From contig NC_043012.1 in NCBI RefSeq assembly GCF_006345805.1, forward strand, positions 25,668,001 through 25,732,000: a stretch of 64,000 bases of DNA, in the 5' to 3' direction. The position numbers and the translations under genes were made by a program. Shown in pieces: positions 41,762 to 55,696 of the stretch (within the stretch, counting starts at the first letter, position 1; each line of letters begins with the position of its first letter). A model generated the notes under the pieces. The model searched no databases. It was given only the letters and a program-made list of their open reading frames with translations, and was not told the origin of the DNA. This stretch comes from Octopus sinensis. Lineage: Eukaryota.

Positions 41762-42313
41762 TTCATCGTTCAGTATTTGAAGATTTCTTGCCAAATAGAG
41801 AAAGAGCCGATTTTAATTTAGATTCAAGTCTCCTTCATTGGAACTTCAACATCAACAACAGTGTATTTTTGTATGTATGTAATTCCTTGTTAGTTTGCTG
41901 TGTATAATTTAATGAACAAATGTGTTTGTATAAGTGCTCATTCTATATGAATGCAACATGGGTAAGACCTGTTATCAGAGAAAGACAAAAACGAAATTGG
42001 TTGTGAATCTAAATGGTATATATTTACTGATATGTGTAGAATAAGGCTAATTCTGATTAGATTAAGTGAATCTAAAGATTCCCTCATTCTAAATGTCTGA
42101 CTTCTGGAATGATAGTGTTTAAAGAATGAAAATAGAAGTAACAAGAGAAATAAATTCCGAAATTTAGACAACATTTAGAAACGCACATACATCAAAACAT
42201 TTGCACATACAGACACACACGTCTGTATACACTTATACAGAAACACACCACAAAAAATATACACATATATACTATTTATATGGACATATATACATATTAT
42301 TATTGTTATTATA

Positions 42314-42358
<45 letters not shown>

Positions 42359-42359
42359 A

Positions 42360-42393
<34 letters not shown>

Positions 42394-42595
42394 AATTAAT
42401 TTATTAACATATTCACCTACAATTGTTTCCTTTTACAAACAAAATCAAAATTAGAAAACATATATCGATATATAACGTGGCATTTGATATAACTTGTATA
42501 GAAAATCATCAGGGTATACAAAGGATACTACCAAAGATTACATTAATATACGCTTGGAAAATATATATATATAGTCATTTATTTATATTTCGGTA

Positions 42596-42659
42596 TGTTT
42601 CCACTGATGATCGGAAGGAGTTTTTAATGACTCATACCGTGAAATCGATAGATTTGGGA
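42596..42659 (+). ncRNA. Type I hammerhead ribozyme motif (HHR-A)
   Basis: ttcca-CTGATGA-[T CGG aag GAGT ttttaatg ACTC ata CCG T]-GAAA-TCGA-TA-gatttggga; complete core, two-part stem II, palindromic stem III ATCGAT; stem I imperfect. Confidence 0.7.
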
Positions 42660-43658
42660 CCATCCAAATTATTTTATTAATCCTCGCTGCCTATTTTCCT
42701 CGCTTACAAACTTGTGTAGTGGAGTAATAATCTAAGTGGTTCCTAGACAATTTCGGATCTATTTCTAGCAGCCTGGTGTTGTAATTCTTCAGCAACCTTA
42801 TAATATACATATATATCACTTTACATGTATATATATATATATATATATATACCGGAGTAAACACATAAATGTGATATATATATATGCATATATAATAAGA
42901 TCCATGTGTTTGCATGTATAATATATGTGTATGCATTATATATATATATATATATCTAAATGTATCTGTCTTTGTGTGTGTGTAAATGTGTGTGGCTATG
43001 TATGTGTGTCCTGTTTGTCTATATAACTGCATGCCTGTCCATATGCACATTCCTATTTCTGAACCGATGACCCTTCTCATCTCAAATGACCATCAATGTT
43101 TATCTGATAGTCGGTAGGTTTTCATTGAATCTGATGCACTACTAACCCGCTGACAAGGAAAACATTACCTATTATTCGTCTTACATTATTCACCTGTTTG
43201 CCAAAATATCTGGTCGGAAACTGGAAACAGAGTTGGAGGGGAAAAGTCGATAAGTCGAAAGACGAAAAACCGAAATCGCTAGATAAATCGTTATGTGTGT
43301 GGAAGGCGCAATCGCTGTAGTAGTCGCAGGCGTCAACGGCATCGCCGCCGCCGCCTCCGCAGCCTCGTTAATTTATATTGATATAACACTTGGTATGAAG
43401 TTAATATCGTTTGAGGAAAATGAATGGGAGTGGGTGGCAGTCGGAGGGTATGTCTTTATGAGAGTAAGAGAGAAGGAGGGAGAGATTGTAAGTGTGTCGA
43501 AAGGACACCGCATTTATCCTCCTGGCATGTGTTCTCGTGCGTATATGTATGCATATATGTATGCATGTGTGTATTTGAATATATTATATATATATATATG
43601 CGAGTGTGTGTGTGTGTGTGTGTGTATATGTACATACACACACACACACACACACAAC

Positions 43659-43708
<50 letters not shown>

Positions 43709-43872
43709 CATGTTCATACACAGTGACAGAGAACTGGAATGGAATTCATTCATAGATAATTAGACAGGTAAAATGACAAAATACTAAATAACGCCTATCT
43801 GTGGTGAAGAGAGTGGAGACAGAAAATAGTCAGATTTTCAGACAGACAGACAGACAGATAGACAAACAGCCG

Positions 43873-43950
<78 letters not shown>

Positions 43951-44104
43951 ATAAATAAATAGATGGGGGGAACACAACAGAAGGGAAAACGTTACATAAA
44001 TATATAAAGGATAATATGAAGATATGTTAAGGCATCTTAAGGATGGGCACTTCTTGGAATAAAATAAAGAAAAATATGTGAAGCGGATATGGTGGACTGG
44101 CGTA

Positions 44105-44327
44105 CAGTAATCCTTCGACTATCACGTGTGTTACTCTCCAAAATCCCCAGCAATACGTGAAAATCCCCGAAGTATAAGAAGTACTGTACTGTACATTTAT
44201 TTTTATTATTCTTATAATTCGCATATATTTATTTTATCATAAATGCAAAACAACACCACGAAGGAATCGATGTAAACTTGAATAATAAACCGCGATAGGT
44301 GAACTGCGATATGGCGCGGGATCACTA
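44105..44327. mobile_element. pogo/Tigger-like MITE
   Basis: TA-cagtaatccttcgactatcacg ... cgatatggcgcgggatcacta-TA: diverged terminal inverted repeats with TA flanks, non-coding interior. Confidence 0.55.
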
Positions 44328-45517
44328 TATATACGATGGGCCGCCACATTTAGTTCCCATATATTAGCGCAACTCAAGAGGCTCTGGTTAGCAAGGTGGC
44401 ACGCAGTGGGTCTCAACTCGGAATCATATGGGTAGAAAGTGAATTACTCTCCATACAGCTTCTACAGTTTATAAATATATTCATACACAATAGATATTCA
44501 TCTTTTGTTTCATTTGCTGAGAGGGTGAAGTATCATCGCCTCGTAGTTTGGGTGTTACATTTGCAATAAAAAAAATATTGCTTTGGATTCTCCGTTAGTG
44601 TGGTGCGGTTTGTTCTTGGGCAAAGAAATTTGCTTTCGCGTTACTCCATTCCACTTAACTCTATAAGATTTCTAGCACTAACTTGGAAGGTAACTATGCG
44701 ATGGTTCAACACTTCATTCACGAGGAATCGTTGTAAGCTCAGTCACTTGTACACCATAGATACTGAGTAAAGATTTTGCGTTATGAGTGTTAGACGTCAT
44801 GACAGATGTCATCTCATACCGAAATTGCTGAATGTAGCGATGGCTTTACAACCTATGTACACTTCAACCCCTCTGAAATCGGTGCGACCGATGTAGCATT
44901 TATTCTGTTTAAAAACTAGAGTTGGGCAATGCACGCAGAAAAACACAAGCTGAGAGGTGATTTCTGAAAGTGGATGTTCTAGAGTCCTTCATAAAAAAAC
45001 AAATCCTTAACCCGCATCCTGAAACTAATTAAAATCTGAAAATAATGGAAAATTATAAGCCAATCCGAATAATCTCACTTGAGACATTTGGAATGATCAT
45101 ATACCTGAAATTAATTATTGGCATAAGGCATATATTTGTAAAAGAAATTACACAGATCCGTGGATAAAAACAAGCATATAAGAGTTACATATGTGCTGAA
45201 CGCATCTATGCATACACTAGCAGATATTCACATACCAACTTCCACTCAAATGTTGGCAAATAATTGGCCAAAACAAAAAAATTGAACATTTACCTTTGAG
45301 TGACTGTCTTGAATTCTGCGAAGACTTAACAAAATTTCGAAGTAGAAATGATGCATTTATACGTAAGTATATTCACAGCGGTCCAAGGCAAGCAAAAGAA
45401 TGCATCGCTATAGAGATCAGATGCCCTGCGGATGTGAATACCATTTAGCAAATCAAAGCAAAAGAAGATAAAAGCGGCCAACTGCTTTGAAAACTGCATC
45501 ATCTCTACCCAAATTCT

Positions 45518-45749
45518 AAGGCGGCGAGCTGGCAGAATCATTAGGACGCCAGACGAAATGCTTCGCAGTATTTCGTCTGCCGTTACGTTCTGAGCTCAAA
45601 TTCCGCCGAGGTCGACTTTGCCTTTCATCATTTAGGGGTCGATTAAATAAATACCAGTTACGCACTGGGTCGATGTAATCGACTTAATCCCCGTGTCTGC
45701 CCTTGCTTGTCCCCTCTTTGTTTAGCCCCCTGTGGGCAATATAGAAATA
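45518..45749 (+). mobile_element. Full-length family B SINE
   Basis: aaggcggcgagctggcagaatc...ctgagctcaaattccgccgaggtcgac...tttagccccctgtgggcaatatagaaata. Confidence 0.9.
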
Positions 45750-46653
45750 AAATAATTGGCGCGAGTGTCTTGTAAGTGACAATTTGGAAATGCTAGGCTT
45801 TTCAGATAAAGAAATCAATATGTTGCCACTTAAATTACAAATGCAGTTAGTAAGCGGAGCAGTAAAAATATGCAAGACTTTCCTCGTGTAGTTCAAAATG
45901 TGAATCTGATTTCTTTATCTACATTCCAAATATGGAGCTTCGTATCTGTTAGAAACCAGCTCCTTCCTTACAGAAAGAGTTAATTTACTTAAAAATAGAA
46001 GAGCGTATACATTCACACTTGCATATATTACTATCGCGCTGACGTTGGCTAAATTCATGTGACTTGTCAGAGGTTTGGAAACCTGCTCGTTCTCTGCTAA
46101 TAAGAAAGTCTAGCAATAAAACCAAACCATTCACTTATAAATACGTTTATATGAATATACACACATGTAATACACTTACATGCATAACTTCACATATAAT
46201 ATGCACAATCATAGAGAAACATAAAATGATACTTAGATACAATAGAATACAATCAGTCTTAACAAATATTTATAGAAACCATTCCACTCAGATCAAAAGT
46301 TATTGAATGGATAAGAGCTGGCCAGTTTATTATTAGATAACAGGCAGCAACCGGTTCTATTAAATGAATTTCCCTATATCCTAGGGCCAAGACATCTTAA
46401 ATTTGTCTGATTAAATATTCATGGCAGAGTAAGGTAGGATTTATAATTAGTTGATTTCCTTCCTTATATCAAACTGATTATTTTTATGAAGTTCTATATA
46501 CGACAGCGTGGTTAGGATCAGCTCTTTTTGATACTGCGGGGTTTTGATTTCGAATTCACTGCACAGTATTTCACGTTGAGAAGCGGAGTCTTCTATCACA
46601 GATTCGGTTTAATAAATACTTTCTCAGTGGAATTTCATAGACCGATATATTTA

Positions 46654-46700
<47 letters not shown>

Positions 46701-46910
46701 CGTAGGATCGCGGTTTCAATTCCCAAACCGGGCGTTCTGAGTGTTTATTGAGCGAAATCACCTAAAACTCCACGAGGCTCCGTCAGTGGGTGGTGGTGAA
46801 CCCTGCTGCTGTACTCTTTCACCACAGCTTTCTCTCAATCTTTCTTCCAGTTTGTGTTGTACCTGAATTTCAAAGGGTCAACCATGTCACACTCTGTGTC
46901 ACGCTGAATT
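46701..46910 (+). mobile_element. Truncated family D SINE
   Basis: cgtaggatcgcggtttcaattccc...ctctgtgtcacgctgaat aligns to 20435-20640. Confidence 0.85.
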
Positions 46911-47236
46911 AAGAAAGGGTTTTAACGAAACAAATTTTAATTCTATTATTCTGTAAAATAATATCTAATTAGTTTAAATGTATACAAATACATAAAAATA
47001 ATTTTAAACTCCATTAGACGTTCTAAAATACTATAAAATTTCATTCAATTTTAAAAAAAGGTAAAGTCGGACAGAACTTATGGTATTACCTAATACAATT
47101 AATAAATGCGAATATTAATTTGTGTGTCAGTGTGTCACACTTAGATTCCCTTTCTCACTATTCATTGACACTCCTACTATTCATCATGATGGGTTGAGAG
47201 TAATATTAAGCATAGAGACGTTGAGGGTATTGACGA

Positions 47237-47279
<43 letters not shown>

Positions 47280-47611
47280 CAAAGAAAATTAGGGATAGTT
47301 GATGAATTATTAAGAGAGAGGGAAAGAGGGAGATGATGTACCACTTTCTTAAGCCATGTCTCTTTGACAGAAATTGTTGTCGCCAACATGCTGAATAATA
47401 TCATTTTAATGATGACTGCACCTTATACCTTTTTCATTATATTCCCCATCCTAAAAGAGATCACCACTCTTGAAGTTATATCTCATGCCAGTAGCTATAA
47501 ATGGTAAAAAAAACTAATTAAATAAATGGTAAAAAACATTCCAAATTGAAAAGAAAATCCCCCTCTCCCTCTCTATCTATCTATTTGTCTTACTATCTGT
47601 CAATCATCTAT

Positions 47612-47699
<88 letters not shown>

Positions 47700-48124
47700 T
47701 TCTGTGGTGGTGGTGTTAGCCGGGGCAGTCAGGGATGATGGTGATAGTAAGTGATGTGAAAGAATGTAGTGATGGTGGTGAAGAGAAAGGTGGCAGCGTC
47801 AGAAGTCTGAATAGTGTGTATATGGCAGTTGTATTGGTGATGGTGATGGTTGAAAACAATCAACAAAAAGAGAGACAGAGAAAGAAAGAGGTTAGGCAGA
47901 CAAATAATTTTACTGACCACTGAATGGGAAGCAAATGTTTATCATACAGCTTTGCAATAAGTTCCAAGTCGACAAATTATATCATTGTTTTGATTTTAAA
48001 AAAATTGTGCATTGCTTGAAGAATATTGGTCAAGTTTAATAAAATTTGATATGTACTGAATACATGAAGTGTGATTTTTGGGCCCAATGAAGAACGCTCC
48101 ATAAGTGCTAGTTTAAAAGCCGCC

Positions 48125-48163
<39 letters not shown>

Positions 48164-49736
48164 TAAAGATATATGTAATATGTACAAACGTGTCTGTGTA
48201 TGTAGGAAGGTAGCTAGATTGAGATTATTGATATCAATATATGATGTATTCTCCGTTGTATTTCGCTAAAGGGTTTTAAAAAATGAGAAGAAAATTCAAG
48301 AAGAAATGGGTGCCTTTCAAAGCAAGTCCCTTACAATATTTTTTATACGCTGAGTTTCCTACACCCACACTTCTTTTCCTTATCCTCGTGATCTAGTGAT
48401 TGATATTTTTCCCCATCTGTAGCCAAGAATGGATGTATTATTCATGAATTGTGATTGATAACATAATGATACAATATAAAGGCCTTGAGAAATATATTTT
48501 TAAACCCGAGCAATCATATATTTATTTATGAGAACATATAACTACATTTTATTACATACGGCTTATTCTAGACGGGATATTAAACTACAGCCCGCCATAA
48601 CTTATTCCGAAATATCAATTTTCCTACGACAGTATAACTATCAGCGTATAATAATTTCTGGTGTAAGATATTAGCGTTGAGCCGTCCAGACAATAGACAA
48701 TGTCATATGATATACATATCATGTTCTGTACCATATTAGTCCTTCTGTAAGTCGTACAGAATAACGTAGATTGTATTGATTAGAAGCGATGGAAAAAGGT
48801 GACGTGGGTGAAGTAGAAAGCATAAACCAAGCTAACACTGACCTTTATTCCTTATATTCATCCAATTGTCATCCCGCGTTTTACCATTTCAGACAAAAAT
48901 GTTCATCTACGACATGAAAAATTATTTTGTTTCTGCAACAGGAAGCAAGAGTGTCATTGGAGGGATTCTATATTTCGACGCATCAGATAGCTGCAGTCTT
49001 TAGAAAAGGAAAATATTCCAAGCAATAAACTGAAGATCAGGCTTCCAACTGTTACGGCTAGAAAAGGGTTCTTCTGAATATCTTCAAGTCTCCTCAATGC
49101 AGTAAAGTTATCGACTCATATCAAAACCCCATGAATTAATGAATTTTGTGTTATAACTACTGCTTCACGAGACACAGCATCTCTTGTTAGTATAATTTTA
49201 CTTCTGGTTAGCCAGCTTGTAACATTTAAGCAAAAGCTCATTCCAAAACGAATTCTTACATGAAACTCAAAATTGCTGATACATTTATATTCATTATAAG
49301 CTGTGTAATCAAGCACATACTATTCAAAAATATGTGAAACCCCGAGTAAAAACGTTGGGGAACCCCGAATATTTGTTTTCCAGTTGGTGTCTCCATACTT
49401 AGGAAATATGATTAATTAATATTCCAGAGTTGCATATACTTTGTATGTAATCAACAAGCAGCAGCAGTGGGATACACTATCCGATACAGCTCACTACTTC
49501 AATGCAGACACATTGAACAAAACAGGATTTCATATATACCAAGAACGGATTATTACTCAAAAAAGTTGCGTTGACCAAAGGCTACGATACAAGAGATTTG
49601 CCAAGAATGCAACAGAATACAATAAACTCCTAGATATCATGAGCTACGCAGTCAAATAACTTTGCTCGCATGAATATACTTTATATCTATTTATCTATCT
49701 CTAACTGTCTATATTTATCTATTTACCTATTTCTAA

Positions 49737-49774
<38 letters not shown>

Positions 49775-49854
49775 TATATGTATCTGTCTGTCTATCTATC
49801 TATTTCTAACTGCCTGCATCTATCTCTCTATATCTATTTCTAACTGCCTATATC

Positions 49855-49974
<120 letters not shown>

Positions 49975-49983
49975 CCTGTCTAT

Positions 49984-50016
<33 letters not shown>

Positions 50017-50167
50017 CGTGTGTGTATGTTTATGTGTATGGGTGTATATGTGTGTGCGCATGCTTGCATACATACATGTATACATCTATACACATATCTT
50101 TACATATAGGAAGAGAGAATGCATGTGTTTGAGTGAGTGAGTGAGTGAGTGCGTGAGAAGGAAAGAA

Positions 50168-50203
<36 letters not shown>

Positions 50204-50432
50204 GAGAGAAAGAGAGAAACCGCATTTGATAGAGTTAACTTGTGTTGTTGGAAATGTGAAACTGTTATGTTCGACACAAATGACTTTACCTTTGAGTAAA
50301 GTACTGAATGATTCCCGTATATTTACCGTGTGTGATTGAGCCCTCTTTGCCAATTTACCTATACATCTAACTAGCACCATGCGATGTAAATGACGGAGAT
50401 AAGCATCTATCTATCAACGATCGGTCGATCGA

Positions 50433-50505
<73 letters not shown>

Positions 50506-50511
50506 GTAATG

Positions 50512-50542
<31 letters not shown>

Positions 50543-50781
50543 ATATGCATATGGACGTATCTATGTAGCGTTTATATGCATATATATATATGTGTATATA
50601 TATCTGTAGATAAACTTATATATTCATGCATGTATACAGATCTATGAATTCATTTGTGTAATCCTGCTCGCACACATAGACACCTGCACTCACACGGCAT
50701 ACACATTCACAAACACACACATGCATACATACATGCATACATACATGCATACATACATACATGCATACATAAATACATACA

Positions 50782-50817
<36 letters not shown>

Positions 50818-51345
50818 TGTATGTATATACAAATGTATGAAGTTTAGTATATTTATACATATATATATTTATACACGATCACATACACATTCATATATAT
50901 CCAGTCTCATGCATACACTTTCACACAAGTATATACAACCGTAAATGGCCGTCCATCAATGACATGTTATTCGCTGATTCTACATACCAGAGATTGATAA
51001 ATTGGCTCACATATACATATTCATTCGAGAAATTATCTTGAAATCCTAACAATTTAAATGCTATAACAATCTATTTTATACGATGTGTTTTTGATATTGT
51101 TTTGGAGCATTTTATTGCTATTAAGGCTAAAGATGCTATTTCTGTAGTTTTTGTCCTCTTAGCACGCAAGAATGAAAGAAAAATGGATTTTCTTGAACCA
51201 TTTTCGAAAAACAAGACGCCTTCGATCTAATTGAAAATTGCTGGAATCAAAATCAACTTCGACAAAGATGAAGAAGCGCTAAAAAATTAATAAATAAATA
51301 AATAAATATTATTGTGGTTGTTAAAGAATGATAGCTGTTCCTTTG

Positions 51346-51390
<45 letters not shown>

Positions 51391-51452
51391 GCAGCTGCTG
51401 CTGCTGCTGCTACTACTACAACTGCTGCTGATGGTGCTGCTACTGCATCTGC
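51346..51452. repeat. (CTA)n grading into (CTG)n trinucleotide repeat
   Basis: Direct reading. Confidence 0.9.
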
Positions 51453-51569
51453 TGCTAACGGGAACAGTTTATACGGTATCTTGGCCTACTTCAGATGATA
51501 ATATTCATGTACACTGCATATCACACGCTACTTTAAATAAATGAAAAGAGCCTTACATTATGTAGTTTG

Positions 51570-51608
<39 letters not shown>

Positions 51609-51959
51609 ATATATATATGCGTTATGTTGTGTATATATATATATATATGTATATATATTAATATATATATATATATATCTATTATATATATATATATATA
51701 TTATCTATATATACCACACACAGACGCATATATATATATATATATATAATTTATGTGAAATAGAAAGATGAATAATCTTGTAGCAGATTAATCAAAAGTT
51801 TAACCGATACCTTAGTAGCAAAAATCACAGCAGTAAACAGCACGGTTGGAGGTACAACCATATGGTGTTGCAACCGTGCGTTGGTGCGGATAATTGAAAT
51901 TAAAACATTATTGGTGAATTGAAGAAATGAGCTGAACGCAGATTGAACAGAAATCGTTT

Positions 51960-52053
51960 TATTTCATTCTACACGTGTTTCGAAAGGCACAAATTACCAA
52001 AATCCGATTGAATAATGGGACCATATTGTGTCTTTCTCTTCAGAAGAAAATAG
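51960..52053 (-). ncRNA. Type I hammerhead ribozyme motif (HHR-B)
   Basis: - strand: ctattttctt-CTGAAGA-GAAAGACACAA...TTGTGCCTTTC-GAAA-CACGTG-TA-gaatgaaata; 11-position stem II with one mismatch, palindromic stem III ACACGTGT, GUA site; stem I bulged. Confidence 0.8.
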
Positions 52054-52114
52054 GAAATCCGTTGGAAAAACAAAAACAGAACAGAGGCGGAGCAAAAACA
52101 AATCGAACTATGCT

Positions 52115-52187
<73 letters not shown>

Positions 52188-53025
52188 ATATATATATTTA
52201 TATATGTGTATGTATTTATGTATATGTATGTATATATGCCATGGTTGTGCGACAGGTGGTGCGGACATGATAGGAATCTATTTTGGTGAGGAGGTTCTGT
52301 GTTGTGAGAGCTGACATGGGGTTAAATAAAACATACGTCTCTTAGACGGTAGAGATGGAGAGAGAAAGATAGACAGATATATAAATAGAGATACAGATAG
52401 ATGTACAATACAGAGACATATACATATATATATATATATACATAGATAAAAATTAGCGACAGAGACATTAGATGAGATGGATGCTTCACAGTAGCCGCAC
52501 ACTTTCTCCGACAGGTGGTGTTTTATTCTAACCAGTACGTAGACATATTTAAGCGCATGTTTAATGACTCTCTACAACGGTTTCTGCGCTTAGTGGGTTG
52601 CAATGGTCCACACTTTCAGTTAATGCCAGGCGAGATGAACCTAGGATCGTAGGGATCCAGAAGACATTCTGCGGATTAACTTGTCCGAGACTCTAAGCAT
52701 ATCGGGAACCTGTGCATTTGACGGCCATTATCTACAAACATGAACATACATGTATGTATGTAGTATGTACATATATACATATATGTATATATACATGTAT
52801 ATGCATATTGGCAAATGTATATACAGATATACACATACTCATTTCTTTCTCTCTCGCTATATATATATATATATTATATATGTGTAAGTATACCGTATGT
52901 GTGTCTATTGTCTATGGTTGTACGTATGTATATATATATAAACATATATATATATATGTATATTATATATCTGTAAGTATGCCGTATGTGTGTGCTAATG
53001 TATATGTCTATTGTCTATGTCTGTA

Positions 53026-53060
<35 letters not shown>

Positions 53061-53278
53061 GAATATACGCCTGTTCACATTCTTTCAATCATATTTTAAA
53101 TGTCATCACATATATACACTTGCGAGCAATATTAATGGCAGAAGACCAAGTTCAGAGCAGAAACACTAATCTATAATCAACATTACAACACATACAGATA
53201 TATATATATATAAAAATATATATGTAAATATATATATAATAAATATATATATATATATATACATATATACATATATAA

Positions 53279-53312
<34 letters not shown>

Positions 53313-53390
53313 ACATACATATATATATATGTATATATACACATATATATGTGTATATATATATACATATACGCCCACACACACACATAC

Positions 53391-53421
<31 letters not shown>

Positions 53422-53860
53422 ATGTATAGTGACTCACATCAAAAACGCGATTCAAAAACAAATATACAATATTCATCGAGTCTTTGATATCTTTGATTTC
53501 AGTCTTTTAATTTTTTAGAATTGAATTTCATTTCAAAATCATATTAAATCGTTATTTTTACTAAAATTTACCGAAAGTGTAAATATCTCCGTACCAATTA
53601 AACAGGCAACCAAATATTGCTGATAAAAATATATTAAAAAATGCGAAATATAAAACAAACTTCAGTATGGCTTATGTTTATCGTTTCCTGTGGTATTCGA
53701 TTTTTTGGTTTAATTTTCTACTTCATGCATTTTTAGAAAGGTTAAAACAAATTGTTGGGTGGTATATCTGCAGTCAACCGAATCAATTATAGTAAGAAAA
53801 AACAAATCTATAGAAGCGTATTATTGTTAAAGATGTAATAATCGGTGATATTTGTGTGTG

Positions 53861-53913
<53 letters not shown>

Positions 53914-54340
53914 GTAGAAAACAGACGCACTGTCATACACACACAGGTAATATACTTAAAGGTCCTTATATAAATATAAATCTATGAGTAGGCGTGCATA
54001 TATATATATATGCGTGTGTACGTGTGTGTGTATGTAAATAATGGGGTAAAAATTAAAAGAATATATTACCAGTGGCTCGCATGTTTTGTGAAAGTCATAA
54101 GACAACATTTTTATATATAAGTGTGCATAAATATTTATACACGGAGAGAAGGTCTTTGCCAGGTCTTCCTACATGCTAAAAAGGGTTTGGATCTGGGGAG
54201 AAAATAGGAATCAGAGAAGGCTCTCCCTCCTTCACCCTTTCTCTCTCCCCCTGTTTCTCATGCTATCACTCTCTCGTTGCTCACATGTGACCATCGTCCA
54301 TCTCTTTTTTTTCCTGCACGGACGTTTAAAAGAGCGAACG

Positions 54341-54412
<72 letters not shown>

Positions 54413-54464
54413 CGCACACATACATATATATATATGCATACATACACACACGCGTATATATACA

Positions 54465-54502
<38 letters not shown>

Positions 54503-54512
54503 TATATTCGTG

Positions 54513-54822
54513 AAGGCCTATAGCTTACACGTTAGCATATTAGGCTCACTATCTTAAGGTCGTGAGTTTGGTTTCCAGCGGCACGTTTTGTGCGTGAGCA
54601 CCACATTTTACTTCTCACTCAAACACTCCACTCAGCTGCCAAAAATTGAGCCGTACCTGTAATTCAAACGGACCTGTCACATCCTGCGTCATGCTGAATC
54701 TGCCCCAGAACTACGTTGCCCGTACGCGGGCCTAGGGTTCGGACGTTGATTCAAAGGTAAAAGCTGCTCCGTTGATCGAATCAATTGGGAACATTCATCG
54801 TCGTAACCAACGGTGAGCCACG
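54513..54822 (+). mobile_element. Old SINE (family E): different head, same 3' half as family D
   Basis: gtacctgtaattcaaa...tcatgctgaatc...gaactacgtt...gctgctccgttgatcgaatcaa...cgtcgtaaccaacgg aligns to 20590-20770. Confidence 0.65.
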
Positions 54823-55428
54823 ATATATATATATATAAATATATACACATGCACATAAATATGCGTGAGTGTAAGCTTCTTTGTGTGTGTGTGTGTGTGT
54901 CTTTGTAATGTTATATATAGATTCATGGAATCATATGGCAACCACGGAAAGCGGTCCACACATAGTAATGCAAAACGGCAGAGTACAGTCGAGAGGTCTG
55001 TGCAGATGAAATCCAAAATATCCTATCGCTGAAATTATTCCACGAGGAATGTATAGACTACAATATGTGTGAAGTTATGAATGGAGAATATATTTAAGCA
55101 ACCACTTCTCATCTTTAGGATTACGGTCGTTTCACAATCCTTGCCATGAAATTGTAATAATTTCAGTGCATAATTAGTTATTTTATGTCTGTATCATGCA
55201 TGCAACGCATTATACAATAATTTGTATATTTATAATTTAGAACAGATAAAGAAAGCTAGCTCATTATATCCCTAAAATTTAGGATACTCAATTTCTTGAA
55301 ATTAGATACAGCATCATAACTGAAACAATATATTTATTATCTATAATTTTAATGGGCATACCAAGGCAATTTTATCTAATATCAGTCTTCTGAATATTGT
55401 ATTCTCTCACAGTATATATATATATGTA

Positions 55429-55468
<40 letters not shown>

Positions 55469-55471
<3 letters not shown>

Positions 55472-55655
55472 GGTCCCGGGTTGAGTCGGGGTTAACCACA
55501 GTAAATAAGGTACTCAATACATAGCAAGAGTAATATTAATCTATTTTATAGAAGGAGCTTCTACAGGACTAGAACTGTTTCATTCAGATGAAATCTTCAG
55601 GAAGCCCCCTGAGATTTCATTGAATGAAACAGTTCTAGTCCTGTAGAAGCTCCTT

Positions 55656-55661
<6 letters not shown>
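55469..55661 (-). mobile_element. Short hammerhead-containing element with inverted terminal duplication, inside (TA)n (Penelope pLTR-like)
   Basis: (TA)n on both sides; 55546-55661 is a ~55-bp-arm hairpin; contains HHR-C. The PLE assignment is inference. Confidence 0.65.
55554..55608 (-). ncRNA. Type I hammerhead ribozyme motif (HHR-C)
   Basis: - strand: GGGGCTTC-CTGAAGA-T TTC atct GAA T-GAAA-CAG ttctagtc CTG-TA-GAAGCTCC; 8-bp stem I (one G-U), 4-bp stem III with 8-nt loop, GUA site. Confidence 0.85.

Positions 55662-55696
<35 letters not shown>

Noticed and set aside
48950-49659. Moderately long frames (- strand ...NPFLAVTVGSLIFSLLLGIF...; + strand 72-aa ORF at 49441)
   Set aside because: In-frame stop, weak splice signals and no recognisable motif; possibly decayed transposon sequence, but unsupported.
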